A stretch of DNA of 63,379 nt, the filler included, from Octopus bimaculoides (taxonomy: Eukaryota), in the NCBI RefSeq assembly GCF_001194135.2. It is 5 parts of 5 records of this genome, joined end to end, with 100 filler letters (N's around TTAATTAATTAA, not from the genome) between each part and the next. Parts side by side here need not be neighbours in the genome. Positions count along the whole stretch, not along the records: positions 61,962 to 63,379 come from NW_026336876.1; 4 more parts are not named here. The stretch is one strand, 5' to 3'. The first letter of the stretch is position 1, and each line of letters starts with the position of its first letter. A model generated the notes under the pieces. It made no database searches, was not told the origin of the DNA, and saw only the letters and a list, made by a program, of their open reading frames with translations. The translations under genes were made by a program, and so were the position numbers. This document shows, one piece after another, positions 62,740 to 63,379 of the stretch.

Positions 62740-63333
62740 GATGCAATCACTTACCGGGTCACGTCCTGCGCCTTGTGGCAAGTGAAAGTGAGGAATGTTT
62801 AGATATAACCGAAAGTTTGGGGAGGGAAAGTGGGAAGGGCAGTACGAAATACATTAATATAATACAACACAACATAAACGTTTGAACTGATAGGGTTTTG
62901 CTAAGGATGTAGACGGTACTTGGATTTCTTTGGATTTTTTTGAGATATGGTTCTCCTGGGATGTTATCTAGATGTTTCTGACATCCCTTTTTCATGATGC
63001 AAAAGACATCAGCAATAATGAGTTTTTGCTTTAAGATGCTACATCTTTTGCATTTCAATTTCGAGGTCCTTATATTTACTAAGTTTTCCAAATCCCTTAT
63101 CATTGGGGACACTTACATCTATCAAGTATTTTCTTCCTTGTATTTAATAATTATGTCTGGTTGATTAGCCTGGATCGTTTCAGTCAATGTTGGGTGGAAA
63201 ATCCCGCAAGATAGTGACATTTTTACCTGCAACCATTGGATCAGGACGGTGTTCATACCAATTAGCAGGTGTGTTGATTTGATAGTGCTTACATATTTTC
63301 TAATATAAACGCTGTCCTACCCTACCGTGGCGA

Positions 63334-63335
<2 letters not shown>
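62740..63335 (-). mobile_element. Old R4/Dong-like 3' fragment
   Basis: RHGRVGQ...WYEH.PD...IQANQPDIII...IDVSVP...KLSKYKDLEIE. Abuts (TTA)n. Confidence 0.75.

Positions 63336-63336
<1 letters not shown>

Positions 63337-63379
<43 letters not shown>
63337..63379. repeat. (TTA)n microsatellite at the window end
   Basis: Direct inspection. Confidence 0.95.

Overview
AT-rich animal DNA with many assembly gaps, probably from an octopod cephalopod (inferred from the SINE/LINE/microsatellite repertoire). It contains one recognisable host exon: the first coding exon of a DBH-like monooxygenase (MOXD1-like; signal peptide plus the first half of a DOMON domain) on the minus strand at 52486-52860. I found no exon 2, so most of the window may be one very large first intron. 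The rest is a nested pile of decayed elements: RTE, R4/Dong, Tx1/L1, CR1-group and Hero-like LINEs, Penelope-like elements (PLEs), Tc1/maT/mariner/hAT transposons and MITEs, three abundant tRNA-headed SINE families (labelled A, B, C here) and microsatellites. The best lead is three minimal type-I hammerhead-ribozyme-like motifs. One sits inside a 338-bp insertion flanked by a 15-bp direct repeat, combining a tRNA-like Pol III head with a PLE-style inverted end. This is a candidate ribozyme-carrying SINE mobilised by PLEs. All calls were made by eye with no database searches. Boundaries of decayed repeats are approximate unless TSD/TIR positions are quoted.
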